Shown piece by piece: positions 1 through 17,325 of a stretch of 64,000 nt of DNA; position 1 is the stretch's first letter, and the number at the start of each line of letters is the position of its first letter. The DNA comes from the human T2T-CHM13v2.0 reference genome, Homo sapiens. The position numbers were made by a program, and so were the translations under genes. The notes beneath the pieces are model-generated. The model had not been told where the DNA came from. It ran no database searches and worked only from the letters and a program-made list of their open reading frames with translations. The stretch lies in assembly GCF_009914755.1 (NCBI RefSeq), contig NC_060930.1, one strand, 5' to 3'.

Positions 1-20
1 TGTGGTGTGGGCCAATATGG

Positions 21-28
21 TGTTTACA
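21..28 (+). promoter_or_regulatory. miR-30 8mer site (TGTTTACA)
   Basis: Exact seed match in the 3' UTR. Confidence 0.6.
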
Positions 29-426
29 TTATATAATTCCTGCTGTGGCAAGTAAAGCACACTTTTTTTTTCTCCTAAAATGTTTTTCCCTGTGTATCCT
101 ATTATGGATACTGGTTTTGTTAATTATGATTCTTTATTTTCTCTCCTTTTTTTAGGATATAGCAGTAATGCTATTACTGAAATGAATTTCCTTTTTCTGA
201 AATGTAATCATTGATGCTTGAATGATAGAATTTTAGTACTGTAAACAGGCTTTAGTCATTAATGTGAGAGACTTAGAAAAAATGCTTAGAGTGGACTATT
301 AAATGTGCCTAAATGAATTTTGCAGTAACTGGTATTCTTGGGTTTTCCTACTTAATACACAGTAATTCAGATCTTGTATTCTATTATGAGTTTAGCAGTC
401 TTTTGGAGTGACCAGCAACTTTGATG

Positions 427-435
427 TTTGCACTA
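427..435 (+). promoter_or_regulatory. Overlapping miR-19 (TTTGCAC) and miR-130/301 8mer (TTGCACTA) sites
   Basis: Exact seed matches in the 3' UTR. Confidence 0.7.
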
Positions 436-658
436 AGATTTTATTTGGAATGCAAGAGAGGTTGAAAGAGGATTCAGTAGTACACATACAACTAATTTAT
501 TTGAACTATATGTTGAAGACATCTACCAGTTTCTCCAAATGCCTTTTTTAAAACTCATCACAGAAGATTGGTGAAAATGCTGAGTATGACACTTTTCTTC
601 TTGCATGCATGTCAGCTACATAAACAGTTTTGTACAATGAAAATTACTAATTTGTTTG

Positions 659-666
659 ACATTCCA
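659..666 (+). promoter_or_regulatory. miR-1/miR-206 8mer site (ACATTCCA)
   Basis: Exact 8mer complement of seed GGAAUGU; miR-1/206 regulation of Cx43 is established. Confidence 0.8.
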
Positions 667-699
667 TGTTAAACTACGGTCATGTTCAGCTTCATTGCA

Positions 700-1094
<395 letters not shown>

Positions 1095-1340
1095 TATATT
1101 TAAAACTCATTGACGGCATCTATTTGAGATTATTTAAACACATTTCTATTGGTTATCAGAACTTCAGCAAATAACAGTCATGTTTTCAGGGACAATATTT
1201 ATCATTAGCTCTGTTCAGTGCAACATAAATTGTAAACATTTTTGGATATTTATTGAACCAAAAGGAAGATAAAGTGTTGAATTTGAAATATATCTTTAAT
1301 GGGATGTGTGATAGAGTTTGAAATAAGGAAATATTGAGTC

Positions 1341-1581
1341 CGTAATCCCAGCACTTTGGGAGGCCGAGGTGGGTGGATCACCAGACGTTGGGAGTTCCAG
1401 ACCAGCCTGACCAACATGGAGAAACCCTGTCTCTACCAAAAATACAAAATTAGCTGGGCATAGTGGCATATGCCTGTAATCCCAGCTACTCGGGAGGCGG
1501 AGGTTGCAATGAGCCGAGATCGCCCCATAGCACTCCAGCACGGGCAACAAGAGCGAAACTCCGTCTAAAGAAAAAAAAAAA
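1341..1581 (+). mobile_element. AluSp-like, 5'-truncated, internal deletion
   Basis: CCTGACCAACATGGAGAAACCC diagnostic; deletion between two GGGAGGC repeats; TSD AAGGAAATA. Confidence 0.9.
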
Positions 1582-2017
1582 GGAAATAGTAATTTAGTAG
1601 ATCAGACATGACACGAATAAGCACAAAATCTTAATGATGATGAAATTTTAAAGTTGGAAAGCCTCCTGGAGAAACAAGAATAATAATGGGGTCAGTTTGA
1701 GTATAGTTACGTGAAGCAGCAAAAGAATAAAATTCATCTTAATTTCAGTACACAATATTGTGTAAAAATACAGAAAACAAGGTTTAAAAAATTCAAGATA
1801 CCGAAGAAAAACAACCATTCAAAGGGAGTAGAACAATTCTGGGCAATTGATAATATTGTTGTAGTTTTAAATATAAAATTGACACTTGAAGTCACACTTC
1901 AAGGATGTTTTCTGTTATAACTTATTAAAATTATTTACATTAACATCTATTATCCACCACAAAGCAAACTGGTGAGTTACTGGAGCAGAAAATATCAGTA
2001 ATTTAGAAGTAATCTAC

Positions 2018-2395
<378 letters not shown>

Positions 2396-3024
2396 TTATC
2401 TAAAAGCCAGTTTCCCAGTCAATTTGATATAATTGGTAGTGTGAATACTTCTTCAAGTACTATTACTTGAGTGGTTGAGAATTATATGGAAGAGGCAAAT
2501 GCTCTGCACTCACCTCCCACTATGTGTCTGTGCATGTTTGCATTTAATATGGGGAATAGACATGATTTGAGTGTATGTGTGTATTTATATAGGGTAAGAT
2601 GTGGATGGACAAATGATAAGACAAGTGGTAGGGCAGAAGTATAAAATAAATTTCTGATGCATGTATATGGAGGAGGGAAAGCAAGTTCATCTTTCAGAAA
2701 TAGTCATATAGGTCATCCTAAACATTTCCCAACTTTAAGATTTTACCATTTTAAAATATTTTATGTACATCTCATATATATATCTATATTATACATATCA
2801 TATATGTACACAGCTTAAGGAACTACAATCTACAATGGAGAGTTAGGTATCTCACCTCTTTCTATACCTCAACATACACACCAGAAAAGTCCTAATTCTC
2901 AGCAGAAATCACTGTTAAAAATTTTAGACATCAACTAAGTATCGGGCACTTTGTTAAGCAGTGGGGATTCATAGAATGACCACAGCTTTCACTCCCATGA
3001 AGCTTATAATGTGAATTCTTCCAG

Positions 3025-3323
<299 letters not shown>

Positions 3324-3506
3324 CAAATTCTTCCAGTTTTAAAAAAATTTTCCTTTTTTCATCTTAATTGGCTGCCTGCCTGGTTTTACCTACTAAAAAG
3401 TAAATTGAACTGTGTTTAAAAAGTATTAGAAAGGTATGCAGTTTTATTCTGCAAATATTTATTTGACACTCAGTTTTTGCATAAAATTTTAAGTTTAAAA
3501 AATTTG

Positions 3507-3851
<345 letters not shown>

Positions 3852-4672
3852 TTACTTTATTTTATGAAAATGGCTGAACCTCTCAATTTGCCTAGGGTGC
3901 TAGTTCTCTGCCCACACGTGGCCTCTTCTAAAAATTCCAAACTTCGGATTCCAACATGCCAAAACATCTGTGCTTTGTACTTGGAGGGAGAGCAAAATAA
4001 TGAAGTTTGGGGACTTATTAAAGTCTGAAAGTAAGTTCTTTTTATAAACAGCACACCAACAGTGTAGAAAAATGTTTCTAATCTTTACCGGCTCCAAGAT
4101 TCTGTTTTTACCTTTTCTTGGTTGGGCAAATATAGCTTAGCCCTTGGCATGTCAGAATTGGCAGCTGGCAATTTTCAGAACTGAAGAGGAGACGTGGAAG
4201 AAATACCACAGAAACACTGCTTCAAGAAGACCAGAAAAAAGAAGACTATTGTATAGAGAAGAAAGCTAATTTCTTTTAACATTAAGGAGGGAAATTATGC
4301 ATTAGTTTCTTGGTCTTCAAAAGTGTTGAAATTTTAATTCGGATTATTTCTTCTGGTCTCCGGATGTTTCCTTGCAATGACTAAATGCTTATTTGGGTTA
4401 TGACGTGTAGTGTAATTTCAATGCCCACACACTTTCCTGTTGAATATAAAAACAGTCTCATGAGGCACCGACTTTAGAAGGTAAACCCTATGCCCAAGTC
4501 TTATTGAATGCAATGTGTCATCTGTCCCTATGCATATGGAACAAAATGGAGCCTGATCTGGCTTTCATGCTGGAGTCTTTTGTCAGTCAGTTACTCTTTA
4601 CAAAACCGTTCATCAGAATTAGTAAAGACAGTAAAATAGTTTCTAGAGGCTACATTAGCAGAAACCCTAAGT

Positions 4673-4996
4673 GTTATTTTATCTTATTTTTTATTTAGAG
4701 ACTGGGTCTCACATTGTCACTCAGGCTGGAGTGCAATCACAGCTAAGGTGCAATCACAGCTCACTGTAGCCTCGAACTCCTGGACTCAAGGGATCGTCCT
4801 GAGTCAGCCTCCTGAGTAGGTGGGATTACTGAGCAGGTGGCACCAATGCACTCTAGTGGTAATTTTTAATTTTCTTTTTTGTAGAGGCTGAGTCTTCCTT
4901 GGTTGCCCAGGCTGGTCTCCAACTCTGGCCTCCAGCGATCTCCCACCTTGACATTCCAATGTGCTGGGATTACAGGTGTGAGTGACCCTATCAAAC
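4673..4996 (-). mobile_element. AluJ
   Basis: Diverged Alu dimer abutting the U4 pseudogene tail. Confidence 0.9.
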
Positions 4997-5029
4997 CAAT
5001 TTTATTTTTATTTTTTATTTATTTTTTTG

Positions 5030-5175
5030 TTCAGCCTCTGCAGAGACTGTCAAAAATTGTCAATGCCAACTATATTTCTGGTCATCATGGTGGAGTATTG
5101 GGAAAAATTTTCAATTAGCAGTAATCGCACCCTGGATAAACCTCATTGACTACGATCATGCCACTGTGCAAAGCC
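5030..5175 (-). pseudogene. RNU4-35P: Full-length U4 snRNA retropseudogene (RNU4-2 type) with A-rich tail at ~5000-5028
   Basis: Reverse complement GGCTTTGCACAGTGGCATGATCGTAGTCAATGAGGTTTATCC...AATTTTTGACAGTCTCTGCAGAGGCTGAA aligns ungapped to U4 with about 20 substitutions by my count; Sm site intact. The symbol is recalled from its position just downstream of GJA1 and is less certain than the U4 identity. Confidence 0.95.
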
Positions 5176-6035
5176 TGCGTATTTTATTTTAAAAGCAAAT
5201 AAAGAGAAATGTAAGATTGCTTTCTGCTTTGAAAAACTTAGAGTTATACATTTCAGATTTTCAGGAATATTTATTAATCCTAAACACAGTTAACTAATTT
5301 AGAAACCCTTCCCTACAAGAATTTAACCTTCAGGTCAAATTATCAGAAAATGGCTGCAACTGAGGCTAACTCAAAGAACTCTAGAGGGTAAGCGTAAAAT
5401 ACTGAGATTTGTTAACACAGAACTTAAAGCTTTAACTCTCACCAGAGTCTCAGAATCTAAATTGGCCATTGCCTTGGAAGACTTTGATGTAGTTGTGGCT
5501 CAATTTCAACTTTCCCTCAATTTAGAGCAACTAGAATTAAATGGACTTAATAATTCTCTAGCATATTAAATGCTAATCATCCAAGCTACTCACTATAGGA
5601 CCTATTCAAAGATAGACACCAGCAGACACCTGATTAAAGACAGTGGTTCTTCTGGGACAATTTTCTATATTTTTCAAAAGCTTGTCAATGACTCCCTTTT
5701 GGGGGGCAGGTAATTTAAAAATCTTTGAGGGGAACCACCTTGCATTTATGAGTTTCAAATTTCAGTGAGACTGAAGCAATCTGGAAATTAAATGTAAATA
5801 CATCCAGCATCCTGTCATCTATAGTTAAATGTAAGTTAAAACTACCACAGATGTTTGCCTGTTACATTATGTTCTGTATATTTGAAATACCTTATAATTT
5901 ATAATTTTATAATTCATAATTTTAAAAATGACTGCAGATATAAGAAATTATACAATGATTGAAGTTATTTATTTCAGTTTAGAGCTTTTAATTGTATATT
6001 TCTTCTTCATTTTCATACCCTTTTCATACCCTTAG

Positions 6036-6347
6036 TTTCTTTTTTTTTTTTTTTTTTTTTTTTTGAGACGGAGTCTTTCTTCGTCGCCCAGGCTAGAGTG
6101 CAGAGGCGCAAGATCTCGGCTCACAACAAGCTCCACCTCCCGGGTTCACACCATTCTCCTGCCTCAGCCTCCCGAGTAGCTGGGACTACAGGAGCCGGCC
6201 ACCACGCCCCGTGAATTTTTTGTATTTTTAGTACAGACGGGGTTTCACCATGTTAGCCAGGATGGTCTCGATCTCCTGACCTCGTGATCCGCCCTCCTTG
6301 GCCTCCCAAAGTGCTGGGATTACAGGCTTGAGCCACCGTGCCTGGCC
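6036..6347 (-). mobile_element. AluY
   Basis: Y diagnostics; TSD CATACCCTTAGT. Confidence 0.95.
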
Positions 6348-6732
6348 CATACCCTTAGTCTCTTCAGTCTAGCCTCTCGCTAGAATTTTTTGATTCATGA
6401 GGTCTTAAAAGATCTACTTTCCTCTCACGTTTTGTTCAAAACTAAAGTTTCGACTGTCATTTTTTTTCACCCTTAATCTACAGTTGAAGTCAAAACAGAT
6501 TAAATGGTATAAAGCTTCTATCAAATTCCTTCCACCCTTGCTCTAACATTTAGAACAGCTTGTCAGATTTTGTTTGCTCATGTGTGGTATCAAACACTTT
6601 TCTTTGCCATCTATACCTTGACATCTTATACCTTGCTGTCCTTTTAACAAACAAGTGCCAAGTTAAATAATTCAATAGTAACTTCGGAATAATGTAGCAG
6701 ACGTTTAACCTTTGTAATTAAAAAGTGTCATT

Positions 6733-7070
<338 letters not shown>

Positions 7071-7661
7071 TTAAAATTTGTCTTTAATTTTCATCTTTAT
7101 TCTGGTGCTCACTTGTCTGAAGGACTTGCAGTATTTTATAATTAAAGGGTATAAGAACTGTAGGTGATGGTTATCTAAAACTCCAAACATGGCAAATGTG
7201 GGCATGAGGGTGCCACTTGGCTTCTGACCAGTGATTTTTAGTCAGCAATATAACAAAGCTCTGCCTTTAAACTGATGATTCTGCATGATAATTAGCTATT
7301 ATGAGTGAGACAAAAGGAGCTAAAGAATCTATTACAAGTTATACCTAATTAAAGAAAAATTTTACTGTAGGAATCTATATATAAAAGTAAAAATCTTTAT
7401 ATACTTCTTATATGTAAGAAGGAAAAAGCAGTTCTAATAAAAAAGAAAAATGAACAAATCAGAGGAATTTACAGTTTTTTCTTTGTTTGCCAACTGCATG
7501 TTTGCTTTGGAAATGAATTATTAAAAGAAAAAAATCACTCCTTCAATTTGTTATGAATCAGCCTAACACAGTGCTAAGCACATAGTTTGTGGTGACAAAG
7601 ATAACCTGATGATCACTTCAGGTTTTAGTCTGCATTTTGTTTTTCATTTAAAATATATCTT

Positions 7662-7963
7662 GGCCGGGCGCGATAGCTCATGCCTGTAATCCCAGCACTT
7701 TGGGAGGCCAAGACAGGCAGATCACAAGGTCAGGAGATCGAGACCATCCTGGCTAACACGGTGAAACCCCGTCTCTACTAAAAATAGAAAAATTCACCAG
7801 GCGTGGTGGCAGGCGCCTGTAGTCCCAGCTACTCGGGAGGCTGAGGCAGAAGAATGGTGTGAACCCGGCAGGCGGAGCTTGTTGTGAGCCGAGATCTTGC
7901 GCCCCTGCACTCCAGCCTGGGTGACAGAGCGAGACTCCGTCTCAAAAAAAAAAAAAAAATATA

Positions 7964-7995
<32 letters not shown>

Positions 7996-7997
7996 CA
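7662..7997 (+). mobile_element. AluY followed by (TA)n
   Basis: Y diagnostics; tail grades into a TA microsatellite. Confidence 0.95.
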
Positions 7998-8779
7998 TAA
8001 AACAACAACCCTCCCAATTTGTAACTAAATACAAGATGATCTTTAAAAGACAGGCTCTATTTTTAAAAGCCACAGTACATTAACACTACAAATATTTTCA
8101 AGAATTAGAAACATACATGTCTTAAGATTTTCCAAAAATCTCAGGATTTCTGGGGAATTTCCAACATTTGTAGGACATAAACTCTGTTGCCTCACAAAAC
8201 TTGGATAATCAATAAAAATATGCTCTATAGTGAAAAGATATTTCAAGCAAAAATGATGTAAATAGGATTAGATGAGAAATTTGCAAGAAACGTGTATCTG
8301 AAAAAATTCTTGCCATGTTCAATAAGATTTGGCTTTATGTTCATCCTTATACACTAAACATTTTAAAAGATGGTACTTTAAACAAGTCTTGTGTCCTTTC
8401 TTGTTTATTTTCGTATCCCCCCAAAAACCATAAATACAACCATATGTCAGGGCAAAGCTGTATTGAGGGTTTGGACATAGTGCTCTTACTTTTATTTTTA
8501 CCATTCATTTCTATGTATAGCAAGTAATATGTGTTTTTCATCAATGATCAAATTTTGTATATTTTTAGTTGCTTGTGGGCTAGAGGCTTAAGGAATAGAA
8601 TACTTTTCCTTTCGTGTTTTTCAATGACCACAATGTCAAACATGAATTTAATGAAAGTCTATCCAGTGATATATATAGTTTTAATTTGAAATTTATGGAT
8701 CTAGGAATTTTTGAGGCTGGCAGAAGCACAGGTAAGCAGAAACTGATTACTCAAGGAAATGTTTCTCATGTATTAACTA

Positions 8780-8940
8780 TATGACCTTGAATAAGATGCA
8801 TAACCTTTGATGCTCAGTCTCCAAACTATAAACAAAAATAAAAATTCATTCCTGCAAAGTTGTTGTGATGATTTAATGAGGTGTGTGTAAAGCGCATAGG
8901 ACATGTGGTAAGTCCTTGATAAATGAGAGGCATTAGCTAA
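8780..8940 (+). mobile_element. MIR
   Basis: TGACCTTGAATAAG...CTCAGT...TTGTTGTGATGATTTAATGAG...GTAAAGCGC, a MIR core. Confidence 0.75.
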
Positions 8941-9219
8941 TGGTTACAATTTATTTCAAGGGAAATGAACAAAGGGAAAAGTAGTGCTTCCAGGAAAAAA
9001 AAATCCAGTACACAGTCAAATTCTGAAAGTCAAAACGTTATGTCGGTGTTTTCTACTTCTGCAGAGTTTTAATAAGTAAAACAAGGATATGTCAATTTGT
9101 GTAATCACAAGACCACTGGAAAACAAGTCTTAGTGTCTTACACTACGTTAAATGTGATATGTGAGGGCTAGAAAATAACAGTGTAAATATAAAAAGTAAA
9201 CAAGCTCAGAAGAGCTTCA

Positions 9220-9513
9220 CTTTTTTTTTCAGAGACACAGTCTCATTCTGTCACCCAGGCTGGCATGCAGTGGCTCGAGACACAATCACAGTTCAAACTC
9301 CTGGGCTTAAGCCATCCTCCTGCCTCTTGAGTAGCTAAGACTACAGGTGCACATGCCTGGCTAATTTTTTTTGTTTTGTTTTGTTTTGTTTTTTTTAGAG
9401 ACAGAATCTCGCTATGTTGCCCAGGTTGGTCTCAAACTCCTGGCCTCAAGAGATTCTCTTGCCTAGGCCTCCCTAAATTCTGGGATTGCAGGCGTCGGCT
9501 ACCATGCCCAGCC
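9220..9513 (-). mobile_element. AluJ with internal deletions
   Basis: Diverged Alu. Confidence 0.9.
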
Positions 9514-9651
9514 AAGAACTTTAAATAAATTTAGTACCTACAACAGATAGGCAGGTATAGTAAGTCACCTTCAGAATTCTGAGAATTTGATGAGTAAAAA
9601 ATCAACCTACAAAAAGGTTAGAATGTGTCCCCACCATAAAGTAGCTAGAAG

Positions 9652-9824
9652 TATTATTATTACTGTTATTAGAGACAGGGTCTTGCTATGCTGGAGTGTA
9701 GCAGTGGCTATTCACAGATGTAATCATAGTGCATTACAGCCTTGAACTCTTGGGGCTCAAGCTAACCTCCTGCCTTAGCCTCCTGAGTAGCTGAGTTTAC
9801 AGGTGTGTGCCACTGCATCTGGCT
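9652..9824 (-). mobile_element. FAM (fossil Alu monomer)
   Basis: 7SL-derived GGCTATTCACAG signature; monomer length. Confidence 0.8.
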
Positions 9825-9920
9825 AGAAGAAATATTATTAACAGATCAAGGAAAGGAATAGAGAAGGGAAATAAAATTAATTTTCATTAGAAATTTATAA
9901 TGGCTTCCTTTGTCTTTATT

Positions 9921-10525
<605 letters not shown>

Positions 10526-10559
10526 CTTTTGTCTTTGTTGAAATGATGACTGTAATCCT

Positions 10560-11030
10560 TCAGTAGGCCTCAAAGCTATTACATTCTCTGGATCCTGGCT
10601 CTTGTTGCAGTCTCATCCATCATCATTCATAGTTTTCTGAGCTGTGGCTGTTGTAGAGGTTTTCCAGTATCTCCAAAGCTCTGAGTTTCTTCCTACCTGT
10701 GGTCTTTGCCCTCTGCCGAAATCACATTCCTCCCCATTCACCTAGGTAACTCCTGTTCTTCAATTCCCAGCTAAATCTTGCTTCCTCCTAGATCCTTTCT
10801 CTGATTCCCTGGGCTGCCCATTTTACGCTCCCATGGCATCTTGCTCTCTTCTTATCATTATGTGTACTGAATTGTTCAGTGTATTTTATTTACCTAGTAT
10901 ATCGTACTCACAATGAAAACAAAAGCCATTTCTGTCTTACTCTCTGCTGTGTCTCCAGAGTCTAACAGTTTGTGCAGTGTAGTACTAACAACAATACCTA
11001 CCAATTGTCACCTGCTAATTAATAAATGCA
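10560..11030 (+). mobile_element. L2 3' fragment
   Basis: Resembles a decayed L2 3' end. Confidence 0.55.
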
Positions 11031-11661
11031 GTTGAAGCAGGTAGAACTCTTTGTTTTTTTGTCAGATATATCTCTGTTAAGGAAATAGATAAATAGGTTG
11101 AAATTAGTCATTCACATCATCAAAATTCTTTTCCCTTTTTCTGTGCTTCCCAAACTACCTCATTAGTATGTTAGTATTTGCTTTTCTACACAACAACCCT
11201 GAGACATAAGTACTGGTATCTTCACTTGATGAGTAAACTGAGGGTAAGTAACTTACCCAAAGTGGTCCAGTCAAGGTCTGCATACTGTTAACTACTCTAC
11301 TCTCAGCTAATAATGACCTTATTGTAGTAGGGACTAGGACAATTAAAGAATGTGAGGCTCTGGTTCAGTACTGACACCTATTTCTAATTATAAATGTATG
11401 CAGTGGTTTCCTAGTTTTCATATCTTACTCATATTTGGAGACAACATAAGACGTGCCTTCCAGAAATAGGCCTTTTCTTGGTAAACTGCCATTTCACCTG
11501 CAAAATTTGGACCCATACCCTGGCCTGCAGTGATTTTACTAAGATAGTGCCGGGGTGTAACACCCTGTTTGGATAGTCAAGGTGAGCTCTAAGGAATTAC
11601 CCTACATTTAAATGGTGACAGTGGCTGCAAATTCTCTTTCCTTTTTTCCTTCCTCCCTTCC

Positions 11662-11943
11662 TTTTTATTTATTTATTTTTTTCTTTGAGACAGAGGCTTG
11701 CTGTTGCCAGGCTGGATTGCAATGGTGCTCTCGGCTCCCTGCAACCTCCGCCTCCCGGGTTCAAGCAATTCTCCTGCCTCAGCCTCCCGAGTAGCTGGGC
11801 GCACGTCACAACACCCAGCTAATTTTTAGTATTTTTACTTTCACCTGGTTGGCCAGGATGGTCTTGATCGCCTGACCTCGTGATCCGCCTGCCTTAGCCT
11901 CCCAAAGTGCTGGAATTACAGGTGTGGGCCACAGCGCCCGGCC
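11662..11943 (-). mobile_element. AluS with deletions, flanked by CT-rich low complexity
   Basis: Alu body; (CCTT/TTTC)-rich tract at 11943-12030. Confidence 0.9.
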
Positions 11944-12211
11944 CTCCCTTCTTTTTTATTCTTCCTTCCCTTCTTGCCCTCCCTCCCACTCTTCCTTTCT
12001 TTTCTTTTTCTTTTCCTTTTCCTCCCTTAGTTGTAAAAGAAATCCTCTTATCACAAAAATGCAAACAAAAGTAGAGGTATGTAAAAAGCAAAGGCCCCTT
12101 TCAATCCTCTTCCTAAAGGTAGCCAGATTATACATAGATATACCTATAGCTTGTAAGTCATTTTATTTATATTTATAATAATCTTTCATGTTAAAATATA
12201 TGGACCTTACT

Positions 12212-12710
<499 letters not shown>

Positions 12711-13047
12711 TATATGGACCTACCTCATTTTTAATGGCTGCATAATATGCCACAGGGTGATTATTCTGTAGTAAACTTATTTATTTATTATTGGGCTTCT
12801 CAAGTTTTTCCTCCTTTTGACATTATTACAAATAATACTGACAATACTTGCACATATCTCAGATATGTCACTGCACTCCATAAACAGCATGTGGCTATAT
12901 AATATACTGATATTATGTTTGGCTCATGATAGAAAAAGTCATGAATATGATGGCAGTTATTTGTTCAGAATAATATGAAATTTTGTCTTTCATAATTTCT
13001 GAGAATTTTGTTAAGGGAAAAATAAGAGCTCAGTCAGAGACCTCTAA

Positions 13048-13427
<380 letters not shown>

Positions 13428-13603
13428 TAACTTAAGGACAAGATACATTTTAATATGACAAATTGTATTAGCATGAATATCAAGAAGCAGCTCAGATAGC
13501 CTAACTTCTATTTTATTCTATTTTATTCTTTTGTAAATAAATGAATCATTCAATTGTGAATGTAGCATATATATGTCAAATATAGCATATATATATCAAA
13601 TAT

Positions 13604-13605
<2 letters not shown>

Positions 13606-13659
<54 letters not shown>

Positions 13660-13957
13660 CTTTTTTTTTAAGACAAGGGTTTCATTCTATTGTCCAAGCA
13701 GAAGTGCAGTGGTGTGATTTCGGTTCACTACAGCCTCAGCCTCCTGGGTTCAAGCAATCCTCCCACTTTAGCCCCCGAGTAGCTGGGACTACAGGTGTGC
13801 ACCACTTCACCCAGCCAATTTTTAAAGTCCTTTTAGAAACAGAGTCTCACTTTATTACCCAGGCTGGTTTCAAACTCCGTTGCTCAAGTGATCCTCCCAC
13901 CTCAGCCTCCCATAGTGCTGGGATTACAGGTGTGAGCTATAATATAATGCTCAGCCA
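13606..13957 (-). mobile_element. (CA)n(TA)n microsatellite plus AluJ (13661-13957)
   Basis: Compound dinucleotide repeat abutting the Alu tail. Confidence 0.9.
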
Positions 13958-14330
13958 GCATATACCTTTTCTTTTTAAAAAATTTTCTTTTCTGGTGATG
14001 GGTGGGAGCAGAGAAGGGCAGGAGGGAGGAATTGCATGAGCATATAACTTTTCTAAATAATTTTAACTAAATGATAAAAGTAATAAATATCTATTATAGA
14101 AAACTTTAAAGAAACTTAAATGTTAACAAAAGACAAGAAGAAAACAATGTCCTTTAATCTGAACATCCAAAGGAGAGAATGACTATACAGTTTTTGTTTC
14201 AATATTCTTGAATCTATGAATTGTTTTGCCTTTAAATTGAAAATATTAGTGATAGTTTTAATATGAAAATCGACATCCTTCTTTTTTTTTAGACTTAACC
14301 TTTAACATAAGCATTTTTGCATTAACATGA

Positions 14331-15260
<930 letters not shown>

Positions 15261-15282
15261 TAAGCATTTTTCAAATGTCGTT

Positions 15283-15507
<225 letters not shown>

Positions 15508-15519
15508 TCATTGGGCATT

Positions 15520-16230
15520 TGTGCCATTATTTATCCAATCATTCTATTGTTAAATATTTAGTTTCTTTTGAATTTTTTGCTATTATAGGTAACACTTGAT
15601 GAACAACTTTGTTCATTTTTTTAATTTAATTTTTTTAGGTTAAATTCTAAGAATTAGAATCAAAGTTTTGAACAGTCTAAAGACTCTTTGAACCTAACAA
15701 GAATTATATTAGTACTTAAAAAAAAATTCCTGTTTTGTATGTGAAAACTCTCATATTTAAATTTACATTTAATTAATAGCTATATTAATAATATGTATGT
15801 AAACATGTATATGCTATTTTTCTCACTTAAAATGCCTATGATCATTGCCTCTTATTCTTTTGTGGTGGTGATGATTTTACGAGCTCTTTTATATAATAAA
15901 AACGTTAACTATGTTTTTTTTTTGCTATGACTCTTTTTCTAGCTTATTATGTGATTTTAAGTTTTAAAACATTTGCATTTTTGACATGAAATTTCTGTAG
16001 CCAAAATTCTTGATCTTTACTTTCAAAATTCCAAGGTTTCATCTTTCTTTCATCCAGGGATTTGATATTTAACCACAGTATTTTAGCTGTTCATTATATG
16101 CTTTTGTTTTTATTTCACATTTGACTTTTTGTTACCTTTGTGTCTTCAGAGTACAGTGTACGTTAAGACATATATCGATTTTCTTCTCAGTAGTTGACCA
16201 ATTGCCTCAATACTCTTTTCTTTCCAACAA
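15520..16230 (-). mobile_element. Ancient L1M fragments
   Basis: T-rich sequence resembling an antisense L1ME 3' region. Confidence 0.5.
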
Positions 16231-16540
16231 CAGTTCTTTATTAAGATGGAAACTACCCTGGTTAGTCCTATGGTGAAATATTCTGCATACAAAGGATACT
16301 AATGGAATGATGAGTAACATATTTACCAAGTTGTCAGGCCCCAAGAGCAAGGGAAGGGTGAAGTCAGTGTGGTGTACATGAGGCAGATCCCTACCTGGGA
16401 AGGTGAAGAGGGGATTGGGCAGGGAGGTGAGTACAGCAGGCGCTCACAAAGCGGTCAGCTGTGGGATGGGAATGGTCAACTCTGAAGCTACGGGACTTGG
16501 AGAGAGCCTCAGCTGTTGGATGAAAGAGCGAAAACAGATG

Positions 16541-16710
16541 CAGTAGTTTTCAAACCAAGTTCCATGGAGGCATTTTAGGGGCTTTCCTGGGAAAGCATGA
16601 AGAGCTGGAAGAGGTTTATAGCCCTCTCCTCTCTTTCTACCAGAAATATAAATGCTTTTTCTTTCTGTTTCAACATGAGATTTTATTTGAAAAAATGATT
16701 TCAGTGTTTT
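16541..16710 (+). mobile_element. MER112-like hAT-Charlie MITE
   Basis: TIR CAGTAGTTTTCAAAC and internal GATTTTATTTGAAAAAA as in recalled MER112. Confidence 0.6.
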
Positions 16711-17059
16711 TGTAATAACTTACTTATTGTAGACATTTTTAAGTACATGAAAATAGCAAGAATAATATAATAAATTCTCATTCTTCACCAATGATAATTT
16801 GCCTTCCTTATTTCATCTCTTTCCCTCTATTTTTCTTTTCTTTTTTATTTTATTTTATTATGATGGGTGGGCAAGTACAGCAGAGAAGGGGCTGTCTGCC
16901 TGTTTTTTCTTTATAACCTGAAACATCTAGTCATTTCACTTGTAAATAATCTAGTATGTTTCTTTGCCTGAGAAAGACATCTTGTTTTTAAAAATATAAT
17001 TTTCATGCCTTTATCTCACCTAACAAAATTTACAATAATTATTATTAACAATAATTCCT

Positions 17060-17325
17060 AGCCCAGGCACATTGACTCATGCCTGTAATCCCAGCACTTT
17101 GGGAGGCCAAGATAACAGAGTAGCTTAAACCCAGGAATTCAAGATCAGCCTGGGCAACATAGCAAGACTCTGTCTCTCCGAAAAGTTAAAAAATTAGCTG
17201 GGCATGGTGACGAGTACCTATGGTCCCAGCTACTCAGGAGGCTAAGGTGGGGGATTGCTTGAGCCTGGGACGTTGAGGCTGCAGTGAGCTGTGATTGTGC
17301 AGCTGCACTCCAGCCTAGGCAATGA
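17060..17325 (+). mobile_element. AluJ within an L1M fragment
   Basis: Diverged Alu; TSD AACAATAATTC. Confidence 0.9.

Noticed and set aside
8152-8162. NF-kB consensus sites (GGGAATTTCC here, GGGACTTCCC at ~42760)
   Set aside because: Isolated 10-mers are expected by chance in 64 kb.
16330-16530. Purine-rich block with two CAGCTG E-boxes
   Set aside because: Motifs are too short, and it could be a decayed repeat.
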